From contig NC_043009.1 in the NCBI RefSeq assembly GCF_006345805.1, positions 9,610,001 to 9,674,000 of the forward strand: DNA of 64,000 nt, given 5' to 3'. The position numbers were made by a program, and so were the translations under genes. Source of the DNA: Octopus sinensis (taxonomy: Eukaryota). Shown here one piece after another: positions 1 through 12,240 of the stretch; the stretch's first letter is position 1, and every line of letters begins with the position of its first letter. Below the pieces are notes generated by a model. That model did not search any database. It was not told the origin of the DNA and saw only the letters and a program-made list of their open reading frames with translations.

Positions 1-889
1 CTTGGAAAGCATTCAGTGATATGAAGAATATCAAAATATCCAACCTTTTTAGACATAATCTCATAATCTCTATGAATGCAATCTTTATGAGCATGAAACT
101 TGGAATTGTACTAGCTCTATAGTCACGTCCCTCAATGGCTTTTGTTTTCAGATGCTCCAGATAACCTTCAGTGTTTGCTGGATGCAGAAAGTGACCGATG
201 AAGAATCTATGCTGACCTTCACCAGTTTATGGCAGGAAGATTGAAGAAGGTGACAGTAACCTGCTGAGTATTGTCTGAGACACCTAAAGTTGTTGCCTGC
301 CAGCCACGACATTATCAGGAAATGCTCTGTGCTGTTGGCATGTGTAAAAAGATTCGAGCAAGGTCGTTGCCAGTACCACCAAACTGGCCTCCGTGCTGGT
401 GGCATGTAAAAGCACCCACTACACTCTCAGTGTGGTTGGTGTTAGGAAGGGCATCCAGCTGTAGAAACTCTGCCAGATCAAGACTGGAGCCTGGTGCAGC
501 CATCTGGTTCGCCAGCCCTCAGTCATTCGTCCAACCCATGCTAGCATGGAAAGCAGACGTTAAATGATGATGATGATGATGTGAGGATGGATCATGGAGC
601 CTTCTAAGACTCTGATGGAGTACATTGGTACCATGATGGCTGAACACAAGACACTGATGACGGAATGGGGTATGTAGCCCATCTGTCATCATGATCAATA
701 CAAATGGAAGTTGTAGTTGACAGAGGATGGGGATGAATGATGAAGTATCTTAGATGATTAAACAATAAACCCACATGAATCTCTATTAAAGCATCATCAG
801 CATCAGTGTTAAAATTTCTCTGTAAATTTCATTTAGCTAACCATAAAATGTACATTTACAACATATTTCTCTTGTGGTGTCAGTGGAGA

Positions 890-1170
890 GGATGACAGAT
901 AGGGGAGGGTGGAAGTAGGGCTTGCAGGGCGCATGCACGGCATGAAGTGGAAGTGGTGAGGGACGACGCATGTGTGGCATCGACGAAGGAGCAGTTGCAG
1001 CTCACACGAGGAAGCGAGGAGACGTATTGACCTGGTTGAGAGAGATCTGATCTTTGCTGAGTTTGGTAGACTAATCTTTGCCGAGGTAAGACCTAATTAT
1101 ATTTCCTTTCTCCTTTTCCTGTTGTCCTCTTTCATCATTCACACCACATCTCTAAAGAGGTTAAAGTAGC
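890..1170 (-). mobile_element. Probable Penelope-like element N-terminal fragment
   Basis: Minus frame KIRSLSTRSIRLLASSCELQLLLRRCHTCVVPHHFHF resembles the N-terminal motif of Penelope ORFs as I recall it. Confidence 0.3.
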
Positions 1171-1186
1171 CGACCACAATAGGAAA

Positions 1187-1274
1187 TTATCTACTAGTTG
1201 ATTTCAGTTGGATGAGTTTACATGAAACTCTCTTTAATATTCTGTCCTTAATATCTTTGTGCAAATCAAGTAAT
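1187..1274 (-). CDS. Tentative coding exon 14: short cytoplasmic tail (RLLDLHKDIKDRILKRVSCKLIQLKSTSR*)
   Basis: Acceptor cccctattcattttag| gives an open frame in the required phase 2 up to TAA at 1187-1189. The exon could instead end at a weak donor at 1228. No transcript support is available. Confidence 0.4.
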
Positions 1275-1399
1275 CTAAAATGAATAGGGGCTCACAGAAT
1301 TTTGAACAGAGGAGCAAAGATTTGTTGAAAATAAGATATTTTGTTATTTAAAAAAAAGAAAAAAACACAAGAGAAACATAAAAAATATTGATTCCATAC

Positions 1400-1475
1400 C
1401 GTTTCACATAGATAAATATAATCCCGAAAATAAACAGCATAATAATCATAGAGCCGATAATGCTCCAAAGGATAC
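1400..1475 (-). CDS. Receptor coding exon 13: transmembrane helix (SILWSIIGSMIIMLFIFGIIFIYVKR)
   Basis: 23-residue hydrophobic stretch followed by KR; acceptor ttttctttccag|, donor ACG|GTATGG; phase 1 to 2. Confidence 0.85.
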
Positions 1476-2457
1476 CTGGAAAGAAAATAGTAAAGAAATC
1501 AATAAAATCATAATGGCAAAAGTGTGAATGAATGAATGAGCCCGCCTGCCCGTCCGTCCGTCCGTCCGTCCATCCAAACCCGCTCATTCGACTAACCATT
1601 TAATTAATCAGTTATCATTTAATGTCCATTTTTATGCTACAACAAGTGGACAGTTGAGCAGGATCCATCTAGCCTGAGAGATGTGTTGACCTCTAGTGCT
1701 TGCCTTGGCTAGGTTTCTGTGACTGGTTGCCCTTCCTCACACCAGCCACTTTATAGAGTGTACTGGGTGCATATTTTGTGACAACCAGCACCAGAGGGAT
1801 TATCGAGAAATATGCAAGACAAGACCCCTTCATAGAGACACAGAACAGTATTGAGGGAGGTGGATTTGTGCCATGTGCAGAGAGGCTGAAGTAGGAAATA
1901 GGGGCTGGAACAAGTGTCTTGCTGTAGAGGAGATACAGCCGTTCTCTCTTTCCTGTGTCTTGTTATAGAAAAGATACATCTTTTCTCTTTTTTGTGTATC
2001 CAACAGGAAAGAAAGGATGGTGGAAATAAGGTAGCAGAATGTACTCGCAAGGTAAAAGAGGGTGGTTAAGGAGAGTAGGAGTAGAGAATCAGGGATGGAA
2101 GTGTGGAGAGGTAGAGGGATTAGGTAAAGTGAGGGACACAGGCCATGTGTACATAGAGGTAGATATAGTGAGTTATAAGAATGGGTGTTGATAGAGGTGA
2201 CAGTGTTTAGTGGACATAGAGTGGTATATATATATATATATATATACTCTTTTTTACTCTTTTACATGTTTCAGTCATTTGACTGTGACCATGCTGGAGC
2301 ACCGCCTTTAGTCGAGCAAATCGACCGCGGGACTCATTCTTTGTAAGCCCAGTACTTATTCTATCGGTCTCTTTTGCCGAACCGCTAAGTGACGGGGACG
2401 TAAACACACCAGCATCGGTTGTCAAGCAATGCTAGGGGGACAAACACAGACACACAA

Positions 2458-2516
<59 letters not shown>

Positions 2517-2667
2517 TACGACAGGCTTCTTTCAGTTTCCGTCTACCAAATCCACTCACAAGGCATTGGTCGGCCCGGTGCTATAGCAGAAGACACTTGC
2601 CCAGGGTGCCACGCAGTGGGACTGAACCCGGAACCATGTGGTTGGTTAGCAAGCTACTTACCACACA

Positions 2668-2820
<153 letters not shown>

Positions 2821-3340
2821 GTTTCTTTATTAGCCACACAGGGCTGCACAAAGACGGGACAAATTACAAGGTAGAGCTTTTATTTTGGGGATAAAAAAAG
2901 GGGGTTTGGTTTTCGATCAAAAGGGATCGTAAAAGGAAAGAAGGAGGAAAGAAAAAAGGGGTGGAAGGGAGAAAATGAAAAAAATACATATTAAGTACAA
3001 GACATCACCAAACAAGCAAAAAATATGTAAATACACGAGAGACAAGAAATAAAGGGAGAAGGAAAGAAAGAGAGTAAAAGACAAGACAGATGGGGAACAG
3101 CAAAGGAGAGGAAGAAAAAGAAATATAGAGGATTAGAGAGAGAGAGAGAGAGAGAAAACAGGCAGAGAACAGAGTCACAGAAATCATATATAAATGTAAA
3201 AACTTACTTTTGGGCAAGGCTGTGTGGTGTTCAGTTATTAAATAGAAATGAAAAAAAAATACACATTAAGTACAAGACATCACCAACAAGCAAAAAATAT
3301 GCAAACACACAATGAGAGACAAGTATGGGACAAAATACCA

Positions 3341-4177
3341 CACTGGTGCAGTGAACAAATTGTCTGAATTAAGCAAAAATCAAAATAACATCTCATTTTA
3401 ATGGATATATTTACCAAAATTGCATAAAAATATCTTGAATTACTAAAGAGTAAATTTATTCAGTAAAATCGCTATTGACTTCAACCATGGCCTCCAGATG
3501 ACTTTGGAATCTCCTGTAGCTATTTGAGATGGTCTCCTTGTTTAAGTTGGTGAACGCTGCCATAATCCTTGCCTTCAATTCATCTTTGGTGTTATAAGGG
3601 AGTTTTGTTGGTCTCTCGTTCAACTGTGCCCCACACATAATAATCAAGGGGGTTGCTGTGTTGGGAGTGATGTGGTCACAGAAATTATCAGACAACTATG
3701 ACTGGGTTCTCCTGCTTGTGTGGCATGGTGCAGAGTCCAGCAGCCACCCTCTTGACCCAAAGCAACACTACCTCCTCCAGGCACTTGATGTAGGCCTCCA
3801 TGTTGAGTCTGAGGCCATGTAGGAAAATGAATGGAAGCATAACATCGTCATCACTAGTGATCACTCCAAACACCATGATGTTGACTGGATGTTTGATTTG
3901 TATCACTCTTGATACATGTTTTGGGGACACAACAAGCCAACAGTTATTTTGTGTGTTCACCATCTGTTCGTATTGGAGCTTCTGATGCAAATGCTAGGCA
4001 GTACAGCATGTCGTTTCCAAATCTCTGGCAGAGTGAATTGCGTCATGGTGTTGTTTTCCTCACAGATGGTGCCCAACTGACCCTACTATACTGTGTAGTT
4101 GACAAAATCACAAACAAACAATGTGCATGCACGAAATTAACAATATAAAATGGCAATAATTTACCCATCACACCCTG
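3341..4177 (-). mobile_element. Tc1/mariner transposon, internally deleted and decayed
   Basis: Frameshifted DDE-domain peptides (HPVNIMVFGVITSD; TKDELKARIMAAFTNL...LEAMVE); imperfect terminal repeats ending CAGGGTG next to TA; second copy at 54245-54838. Confidence 0.8.
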
Positions 4178-5435
4178 TATACACACACACAGAGCAAGAA
4201 CAAGAATGATGAAAATCATATCTTTTATTGTGATTACACCATACATTACCAGATATAATTTCCATTGTGCCAACATATTTAGATACAGAAAAAAATTGTA
4301 TAAAATGTCAAATTGATATATCCGAAAATATGAGTTAACACAAAGTTATCTAGGAAATACTAAATGGACTAAACTCAAAGTGATCTAAGAAAATATCTCC
4401 AATAGATGAACACAAACAAAAAGACAGTTAAGAGATATAATAGTCTAAGAAAAGCCAGTTTGGTATTTAAATTTTGATGACATCGATAGATAATGATACA
4501 ATAAAAAGTAAACATAAAAATTCTACATTATCTATCTAATAAATATGCTAAAAAAGATTTCTAGAAAAATTATGCATATTAGATTATAGGAAAAGCAATT
4601 ATAATTAATATGTTAATTAATGCTGAAATATGTAAATACTTTTCTATATCTATGAGAATATTTCAGTGTAAAACCATTTCGTCAATTTAATCATTTTAAT
4701 TTAGAAGTAATTATATAATACATTTCCTCAGACAAAGAGGAATTTATCAGTTTTGTATGATGGTGAGTAACTAATACTGGACCACTTTATAACACAGTTA
4801 ATGTTCCTGTCTAAGATTTACTAAGATTTCTGGAATTACATTTCCTTCTAAACATAAATGAAGAAAAATGGCTATGTAATCTAGATGTCCAAATTGTAGC
4901 AGAACTTATGTAATAATACGTATGATCCCCTTACATTGATACACTATATTCGTCGTTAAACAGTGATTTTTAAAGGACACATAATTTTGTTTTTGAAATT
5001 ACAAAGACATTTATTCACTGATATATGACATTCAAGGCTAAAAGAAACAGCACTAATACTTCTCTCAGAAATAGGAGTTAAAGCATACACATGTTTAGTA
5101 TTAAATGTTGAGAAAAAAAGAGTACTCAATACCATGATAGATAGAGATTAGTGATATTTTATTTTGATCAAGTCAGCCTCTTGTTACTCTGAGTCTCACC
5201 TGCAGGCACCCAGGATCTTCAGGGAAGTTGTAACGACTTCCCTGAAGATCCTGGGTGCCTGCAGGTGAAACTCAGAGGAGCAAGAGGCTGAGCAGCTGAT
5301 GAAGGGGAATATTCCTTATATTGTTTGTCTTATACTGTTTTTTTGTTTTTTCGTTGTTAAAAAAAGTCCGTTTCCTTGTTTCTTTTTATGTTTTCGTTTC
5401 TCATCGTGTTCTACGTTTATTTGTGGTGTCCTGTA

Positions 5436-5477
<42 letters not shown>

Positions 5478-5544
5478 TGTATATATATGTATGTATGCAT
5501 ATGTTTTATTTCTTAAATATATACATATATACATATTTATGCGC

Positions 5545-5830
5545 ATGGCTCAGTGGTTAGAGCATCGAGCTTACGATCGTGAGGTTGTGAGTTCGAATCC
5601 CGGACTGGGTTGCGTGTTGTGTTCTTGAACAAGACACTTTATTTCACTTTGCTCCAGTTCACTCAGCTGTAGAAATGAGTTGCGACATCACAGGTGCCAA
5701 GCTGTATTGGCCCCTTTGCCTTTCCCTTGGATAACACTGGTGGCATGGAGAGGGGAGACCAGTATGCATAGGTGGTAACTTTCTAGGTGCAATCCCATAG
5801 TCAGTCATGACCGAAGGGGGTCTCAGCATA
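5545..5830 (+). mobile_element. tRNA-derived SINE (head gcatggctcagtggttagagc...gttcgaatccc); related reverse copy near 33670-33805
   Basis: Strong A box and B box followed by a ttgctccagttcactcagctg core. Confidence 0.75.
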
Positions 5831-5836
5831 TATATA

Positions 5837-5905
<69 letters not shown>

Positions 5906-6299
5906 TAGATAGATCAGGCACATGCTGCCAGTAATTACTCAGGGTAGGTAGTTGGTGACCTTTATGTAGTAAAACACGAAAAAAAAAACCAAATACAGGT
6001 GTGCGACAGAGTTGAAGCCGGATTTACTTCTGCCTTTATAGCCCATAAAGAAAACCTTGTAAGAGTGAGTGTACGCAGCACATGTACTACAGCATCACTA
6101 TGTAAAAGTTGGTGACACAAAGACCATCCAATTGCAAAATTTCCCTTAAAGAACTCCTCCCAGTCAAAATCTATACAAGCATGGAAAAATAGACATTAAA
6201 CAAAGTGTATCAAAGTCCTTAACATATGTTTCTTTTCCATTATTATTTTTAACCCTTGAGCAGTCACATTACTCTGTCAAATGCAAAGCTTACATATTC

Positions 6300-7015
6300 A
6301 CATTCATCATCATCATCGTTTAATGTCCATTTTCCACGCTAGCACGGGTTGGACGGTTCGACTGGGGTCTGGGAAGCTAGGGGCTGCACCAGGCTCCAGT
6401 CTGATCTGGCAGTGTTTCTACAGCTGTAGTGGGTGCTTTTTACGTGCCACTGGCACAGGTGCCAGGGGAGTCTGGCATCGGCCACGATCGGTTGGTGCTT
6501 TTAACGTGCAACCGGCACGGAAGCCAGCCAAGGCGGCGCTGGCATCGGCCACGTTCGGACGGTGCTTTTTATGTGCCACCGGCACAGAAGCCAGTCGAGG
6601 CAGCGCTAGCAATGGCCACATTCGGATGGTGCTTTTTATGTGCCACCGGCACAGAAGCCAGCCAAGGCAGCGCTGGCAATGGCCACATTCGGATGGTGCT
6701 TTTTATGTGCAACCGGCACGGAAGCCAGCCAAGGCGGCGCTGGCATCGGCCACGTTCGGACGGTGCTTTTTATGTGCCACCGGCACAGAAGCCAGTCGAG
6801 GCAGCGCTGGCAATGGCCACATTTGGATGGTGCTTTTTATGTGCCACCGGCACAGAAGCCAGTCGAGGCAGCGCTGGCAATGGCCACATTCGGATGGTGC
6901 TTTTTATGTGCAACCGGCACGGAAGCCAGCCAAGGCGGCGCTGGCAATGGCCACATTCGGATGGTGCTTTTTATGTGCCACCGGTACAGAAGCCAGTCGA
7001 GGCGGCGCTGGATTG
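6300..7015 (-). repeat. RTE 3'-UTR repeat with an expanded array of about 60-63 bp units
   Basis: About eight copies of ttttatgtgc(c/a)accggcac(a/g)gaagccag...ggccacattcggatggtgc. Shorter copies of the same (GAT)n-tailed family lie near 300, 8005, 13840, 14975, 18340, 18780, 22295, 24090, 28940, 31920, 32830, 35695, 40805, 43385, 53310, 54850 and 56745. Confidence 0.85.
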
Positions 7016-7317
7016 TTTTGAATTAATCATGTATAACGTTGTAGCTTTGAGATTTCAATTATTTTTAGAATGACATCATTGGTCAGGTGTGAGAAGCCAG
7101 ATCTGGCCATTTGAACATAAAAAAGGTAAAATATTTGGGCTGGATACGGCTGCTTTAAATGCTAAAGAGCTACATAAGTAGTGTGATTTGAAACTAATTT
7201 GACTATTAATTCTAGCAAGTTTGGTGATCATAAATTAAAACGGTAGTCTTAATATTAATGAAGTCATCGGTTAGTTAATAAGAACTGATTAATGAATGAA
7301 CGTAGATGTACACTTAC

Positions 7318-7467
7318 TTTCTCCATTCACTTGGATCTCCCGAGTCATCACAGGACCATCACCTATACTCGTCGAAGATTTCACCCACACTAAATATTTA
7401 TCTTTGGGTAAATTATCAATTACGTATTTCTTTTGCTTCTTTGATATATACCTCTTTTGGATTTTAT
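7318..7467 (-). CDS. Receptor coding exon 12: last FN3 second half (DKIQKRYISKKQKKYVIDNLPKDKYLVWVKSSTSIGDGPVMTREIQVNGE)
   Basis: L-x-x-x-x-Y-x-V-W-V and G-x-G-P motifs; acceptor tttttttcag|, donor AAA|GTAAGT; phase 1-1. Confidence 0.9.
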
Positions 7468-9022
7468 CTGAAAAAAAATGAAAGGAAACAAAAAATATAA
7501 AAAACAAAAAAAACACTGACAATGGCCACCACCACAATTATTATTACTTTGTTTTAAACGGGAACTATATACCAAAAAAATATTTCAATCTTCAGCCTTC
7601 AGATTTAGCCTGAGAACAATTTTAGAACGCTGTCAAGGGGGATGAAATATTGGTATTTAACACAAGCACAAAGTCCTGCATTTTAACTCTTTTCATATCT
7701 GTTTCTTTACTACCCACAAGGGGCTAAACATAGAGGGGACAAACAAGGACAGACAAACGGATTAAGTCGATTACATCGAACCCCAGTGTGTAACTGGTAC
7801 TTAATTTATCGACCCCGAAAGGATGAAAGGCAAAGTCGACCTCGACGGAATTTGAACTCAGAACGCAATGACAGACGCAATACTGCTAAGCATTTCGCCC
7901 GGTGTGCTAACGTTTCTGCCAGCTCGCCGCCTTTTCATATCAATTCATCTAAGACTGCCTCTGGTTGTGTAATACAAAATCATTTGATTTAAAGTATCAT
8001 CATCATAACATCCGTTTTCCATGCTGGTATGGGTTGGACAGTTTGACATGCAGCTGGCCAGCGGGGGGGGGGGGGGGGACACTGTCCAAACTGCAGCTGT
8101 CTGTTGTGGCATAATTTCTACAGCTGGATGCCCTTCCTAATGCCAACCACTTTACAGAGTGTGCTGGGTGCATTTTACATGCCACCAGCATGGTTGCGTT
8201 TATGGAGCAGTTGCAGGAGTGCATTTTATGTGGCACCAGTACCGGTAAAGGACAAGCCTGTATGTTACTTAAATTCTACCTTTCTATCATAATTCTATGA
8301 CAAACGGAACTATTGCTAAAATTATGTTCTAAACACTTTCTTAATAAGGGGAAAATTACTTATTTTACTAAAGCCTTTCGAAGTCTTGACTACTTTGGAA
8401 ATTACACGAAGCATTTTGGCAATGCATAGGCAGGGGCAAGGTTGTATGGTTAAGAAGTTCCACTTCACAACCACAAGGTTCTGAGTTCAGTTCTGCTGTG
8501 AGGTACCTTGGGCAAGCATCTTCCCTCATTAGCCTAGGTCAACCAACACCTTGTGAATGAATTTGGTAGATGGAAACTGTTGAAACTCATGAGTACATGT
8601 GAATGCATTTTTGTGTTTATTTCTCACCAGGCATGGCTAAGTGGTAAGAAGCTTGCTTCACAAATACATGGTTCTGAGTTCAGTCCCACTTCATGGCACC
8701 TTAGGCAAATGTCATCTTATTTCTTTGCTGCCGACAATGGGCTAAACATAGAGGGGACAAACAAGGACAGACAAAGGGATTAAGTTGATTGCATCGACCC
8801 CCAGTGCATAACTGATACTTAATTAATCAACCCCGAAAGGATGAAATGCTAAGTCGACCGTGGCGGAATTTGAACTCAGAACAAAACAGCAGGCGAAATA
8901 CCACTAGGCATTTCGCTCGGCATGCTAACGTTTCTGCCAGCTCGCTACCTGCATCATCTTCTATAGCCCTGGGCAAACCAAAGCCTTGTGAATGGATATG
9001 GTAGACTGAAAGAAGCCGGTCA

Positions 9023-9057
<35 letters not shown>

Positions 9058-9059
9058 CA

Positions 9060-9815
9060 TCATCATCATTATTTAACATCCGTTATCCATGCTGGCATGG
9101 GTTGGATGGTTTGACCAGGGCTGGCAAGCTGGAAAGCTGCACCAGACTCCAGTCTGATTCGATATGGTTTCTATGGCTTGGATGCCCTTCCTAACGCCAA
9201 CCACTCTGAGAGTGTAAAGGGTGCTTTTACGTGCCACTGGCATGGATGCCATTTGCGTGACCCCATTATCTGCTATGACAGCTATTTTACTTGACTTGAT
9301 GGGTCTTCTTGAGCAGGATATATGCCAATGGTCTTGGTCATTGCATCTGTGAGGCCCAACACTAGAAAGGTGCTTTTTAGGTGCCAGTTACGTGACACCA
9401 GCATCAGCCACAAATACATTTTCACTTGGCTTGACAAGTCTTCTCAAGCAGAGCATACTGCCAAAGGTCTTGGTCACTAGTTATTACCTCTATGAGGCCC
9501 AAAGTTTGAAGATCATGCTTCACCACCTAGTCCCATGTCTTCCTGGGTCTACCTCTTCCACAGCTTCCCTCTACAGGGTCCTTCTTTATACAGCTGTCCT
9601 TGTCCAGTGCAGTCGTCTCTCTTGCACACCACATCTGATGTCTCTTATGCCCAAATTTTCTCTGGAGATGCTTACACTCTGTTGAACATGCACACTGACA
9701 TTGCACAGCCAATGAAGCATACTGGTTTCATTTCTTTCAAGCCTACACATGTCCTTGGCTGTCACAGCCCATGTTTCACTGCCATGTAGCATACCTGTTT
9801 GCACATAGGCGTACA
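9060..9815 (-). mobile_element. RTE-type LINE 3' fragment continuous with the (GAT)n-tailed repeat
   Basis: MLHGSETWAVTAKDMCRLERNE matches 63525-63725; ends in ...gttaaat(gat)n, linking the abundant (GAT)n-tailed repeat to this LINE. Confidence 0.8.
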
Positions 9816-10846
9816 TTTTTCTGGAAATTTATAGTAGGACCAGGGCAAAAATGGGTTGGGAAACATTGATTTAAACCTCTGCAAGCAGTTCCCTAGCATG
9901 GCCATAGTTCAATGACTGAGACCAGTAAAAGAATCAAAAGGAGTCAGAGTGCAGTTCATTAAAAATATTGTCAAATGTAATGTTTATATATTTATATTGT
10001 TTTGAATTTATCATGCATTATCTTGTACTTCAGAGATGTCAATGATATAATCGCTTAGTTTTAGAATGATATTGTAAGGATGAGGTGAGAGGCCAGATCT
10101 GGCCAGGTAAGGTCAGTTTGAATGCTACAGGGTCAAGGGAGGAGAGTTAAAAAAATCATTCCCAGCAATTGACGGAAGATGGAGTAAAAAAAATTGAAAT
10201 ATGGTTCTGACCCCATGCTTGCATGGAAAGTGGATGTGACATGATGATGATGATGATGAAACTAGTCCTTTTGTTACCATATCTAGGTTGAAACATACTG
10301 CCTTTGTTTCAATTAATTTCAAAATACTTACCTGTATTCATTACTACTCTACTTCTAACTAAGTATTGAGTTACATAGTCTTTATATCCATTTTTGGCTA
10401 AAGGTGAACTTAGCCATTCAATAATTATAGATTGATAAAGATGTATCACACCAAGAACTGAGATCAATGTCATGTGATCACATGACCGAGCAAGCTATCA
10501 GATGTTGTTACACATCGCTGGTCACAATGCATTTTTATTCTTTTTGCATTGCTTTAGCCTTCAGATGACCCCACCCCCAGAGGCTAGGTGAGCAGACCAA
10601 CATTCCCCTACTGACCGAAAGGGGAACTGGAGCAACATGAAATGAAGTGTTTCACTCAAGAACTCAATGTGCTGCCTAATCAGGGAACGGAACCAATGAT
10701 CTAGCAACTGTGAGCGCAGCAGCCTAACCACTGGGCCACATGCCTAGAGATCAATGTAACTGACTAAGACCCCTGCAAATGGTGCCTAAGCATGGCCACA
10801 AACCAAATGCGAAAACTTGTAAAAAAAAATTAGAATATGTACGTAC

Positions 10847-10996
10847 CTTTACAATTTGTTTTATTAAAAGAAACACAGTAAGACACTACATAATTAGTAA
10901 GGTAGGCTTTCTCAATGTAGCAGTTATAATGGTCCCATTCTACAATAAGAGTGCCATCTTTAGCAATAACTCTAAACTCTACAGGGTTTTCAGGTT
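10847..10996 (-). CDS. Receptor coding exon 11: last FN3 first half (KPENPVEFRVIAKDGTLIVEWDH...YVVSYCVSFNKTNCK)
   Basis: Acceptor ctttaatttcag|, donor AAAG|GTACGT; 150 nt, phase 1-1. Confidence 0.9.
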
Positions 10997-11094
10997 CTGA
11001 AATTAAAGAAAGAAAAAACAAAATGGTGAATTCTTTTAATGAACACAGGGAAAATGAAATAGTAAATTATTTGGTGCTGGTGAAGTAAACAAAT

Positions 11095-11271
11095 TATTAT
11101 TATTATTATTATTATTATCATCAATATTATTATCATTATTATCATATTATTATTATTATCACTATTATTATTATTATCATTATTATCATGATCATTAGTA
11201 TTATCACTATTATTATCATTATTATTATATTACTTTTATTATCATCATTATTATTATTATTATTATTATCA

Positions 11272-11302
<31 letters not shown>

Positions 11303-11379
11303 TATTATTATCATTATTATTATCATTATTATTATTATTATCATTATTATTATTATTATTATCCTTATTATTATTATTA

Positions 11380-11431
<52 letters not shown>

Positions 11432-11482
11432 CATTATTATTTTATCATTATTATTATTATTATTATTATCATTATTATTATT
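11095..11482. repeat. (ATT/ATC)n trinucleotide microsatellite, about 390 bp
   Basis: Directly visible; source of spurious poly-Ile/poly-Leu ORFs. Confidence 0.95.
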
Positions 11483-12098
11483 AAGGTGGGAATCTGGCAG
11501 AATCATTGGCGGCACACTGGGCAAAATGCTTGCTTTACAGCATTTTGTCCACATTTATATTCTGACTGTGCCATTCTTCTTTCAAGGTCGATAAACTAAG
11601 CATCAGTCAAGTTCTGGGGTTGATGATATCAACTTGTTTCCTCTCCAACAAAATTTCAGGCCTTGTGTCTATAGTAGAAAGGGTTATTATTAACAGTATT
11701 ATATTTAAGGCAGTGTGCTAGCAGAATCTTTTGAATTTCAGACAAAGTGCTTAGTGGCATTTGTTTAATTTTTTTTTAACATCCAGTGTTCAAATCCTGC
11801 CAAAGTCAACTTTTCATCCTTTCAGGATTGATAAAATTTAGTATCAATCAAGTACTAGGATTGATGGAATTGACTTACTGCATCCCCTAAAATTGCTGAT
11901 CGTATGATGCCAAAACTTGAAATCAGTTAAGGCAACAAAGTGGCAGCATCATTAGCATATGGGGTGGTTTCTAAAAGTTCCCAGACTAGTTCTGTACTGC
12001 ATCAACAAATAGTAATAATAATAATAATAATAAGGTATACTGGGCTTCATATATTTTACCCCAGTGTCACTTTGATGGCATGCACTGGTCTCACACTC

Positions 12099-12132
<34 letters not shown>

Positions 12133-12194
12133 GCAACAACAACAACATCAAAAAATACCCTAGGAATGAGAACCCAGGTTCGAAATTTCCTCAA

Positions 12195-12240
12195 GACACC
12201 TGATGAAGGCTGGAGGGTATATCAGCTGAAACGTTGTGTT
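12195..12240 (+). ncRNA. Minimal type I hammerhead ribozyme motif in a Penelope pLTR
   Basis: GACAC-CTGATGA-stem II (GGCTG/CAGCT)-GAAA-CGT-T-GTGTT: intact core, palindromic ACGT in place of stem III, stem I GACAC/GTGTT. Confidence 0.7.

Noticed and set aside
972-1169. Plus-strand ORF ending at a GTAAG donor (…LIFAE|gtaag)
   Set aside because: No partner exons found; better explained as the antisense of a retroelement fragment
4043-4276. Hydrophobic minus-strand ORF as a possible TM exon, and a 10-nt micro-exon at 4165-4174 (cag|GGTGTGATGG|gtaaat)
   Set aside because: The sequence is the Tc1/mariner terminus; 10 nt would break the phase 1-1 join of exons 12 and 13; a better TM exon exists at 1400-1475
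4270-5150. Possible decayed Penelope GIY-YIG region upstream of the 58-bp hairpin
   Set aside because: Only a faint C-x-x-C-x-x-x-Y hint in AT-rich, stop-riddled sequence; too weak to call
5545-5620. tRNA-like sequences at SINE heads (also 16960-17045, 41410-41485, 52660-52730)
   Set aside because: They lack a complete acceptor stem and run into SINE or Penelope bodies, so they are not called as tRNA genes
6281-7073. Three long overlapping ORFs (246, 214 and 128 aa), and a CRISPR-like look of the array
   Set aside because: They are translations of a tandem 60-63 bp unit in an RTE 3' UTR; there are no unique spacers and no cas genes, and the context is eukaryotic
11188-11554. Poly-Leu/Ile and poly-Lys/Glu ORFs here and at 44922-45351
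   Set aside because: Trinucleotide microsatellite translations; only the N-terminal 20-26 codons of 45013-45426 are real (the signal-peptide exon)
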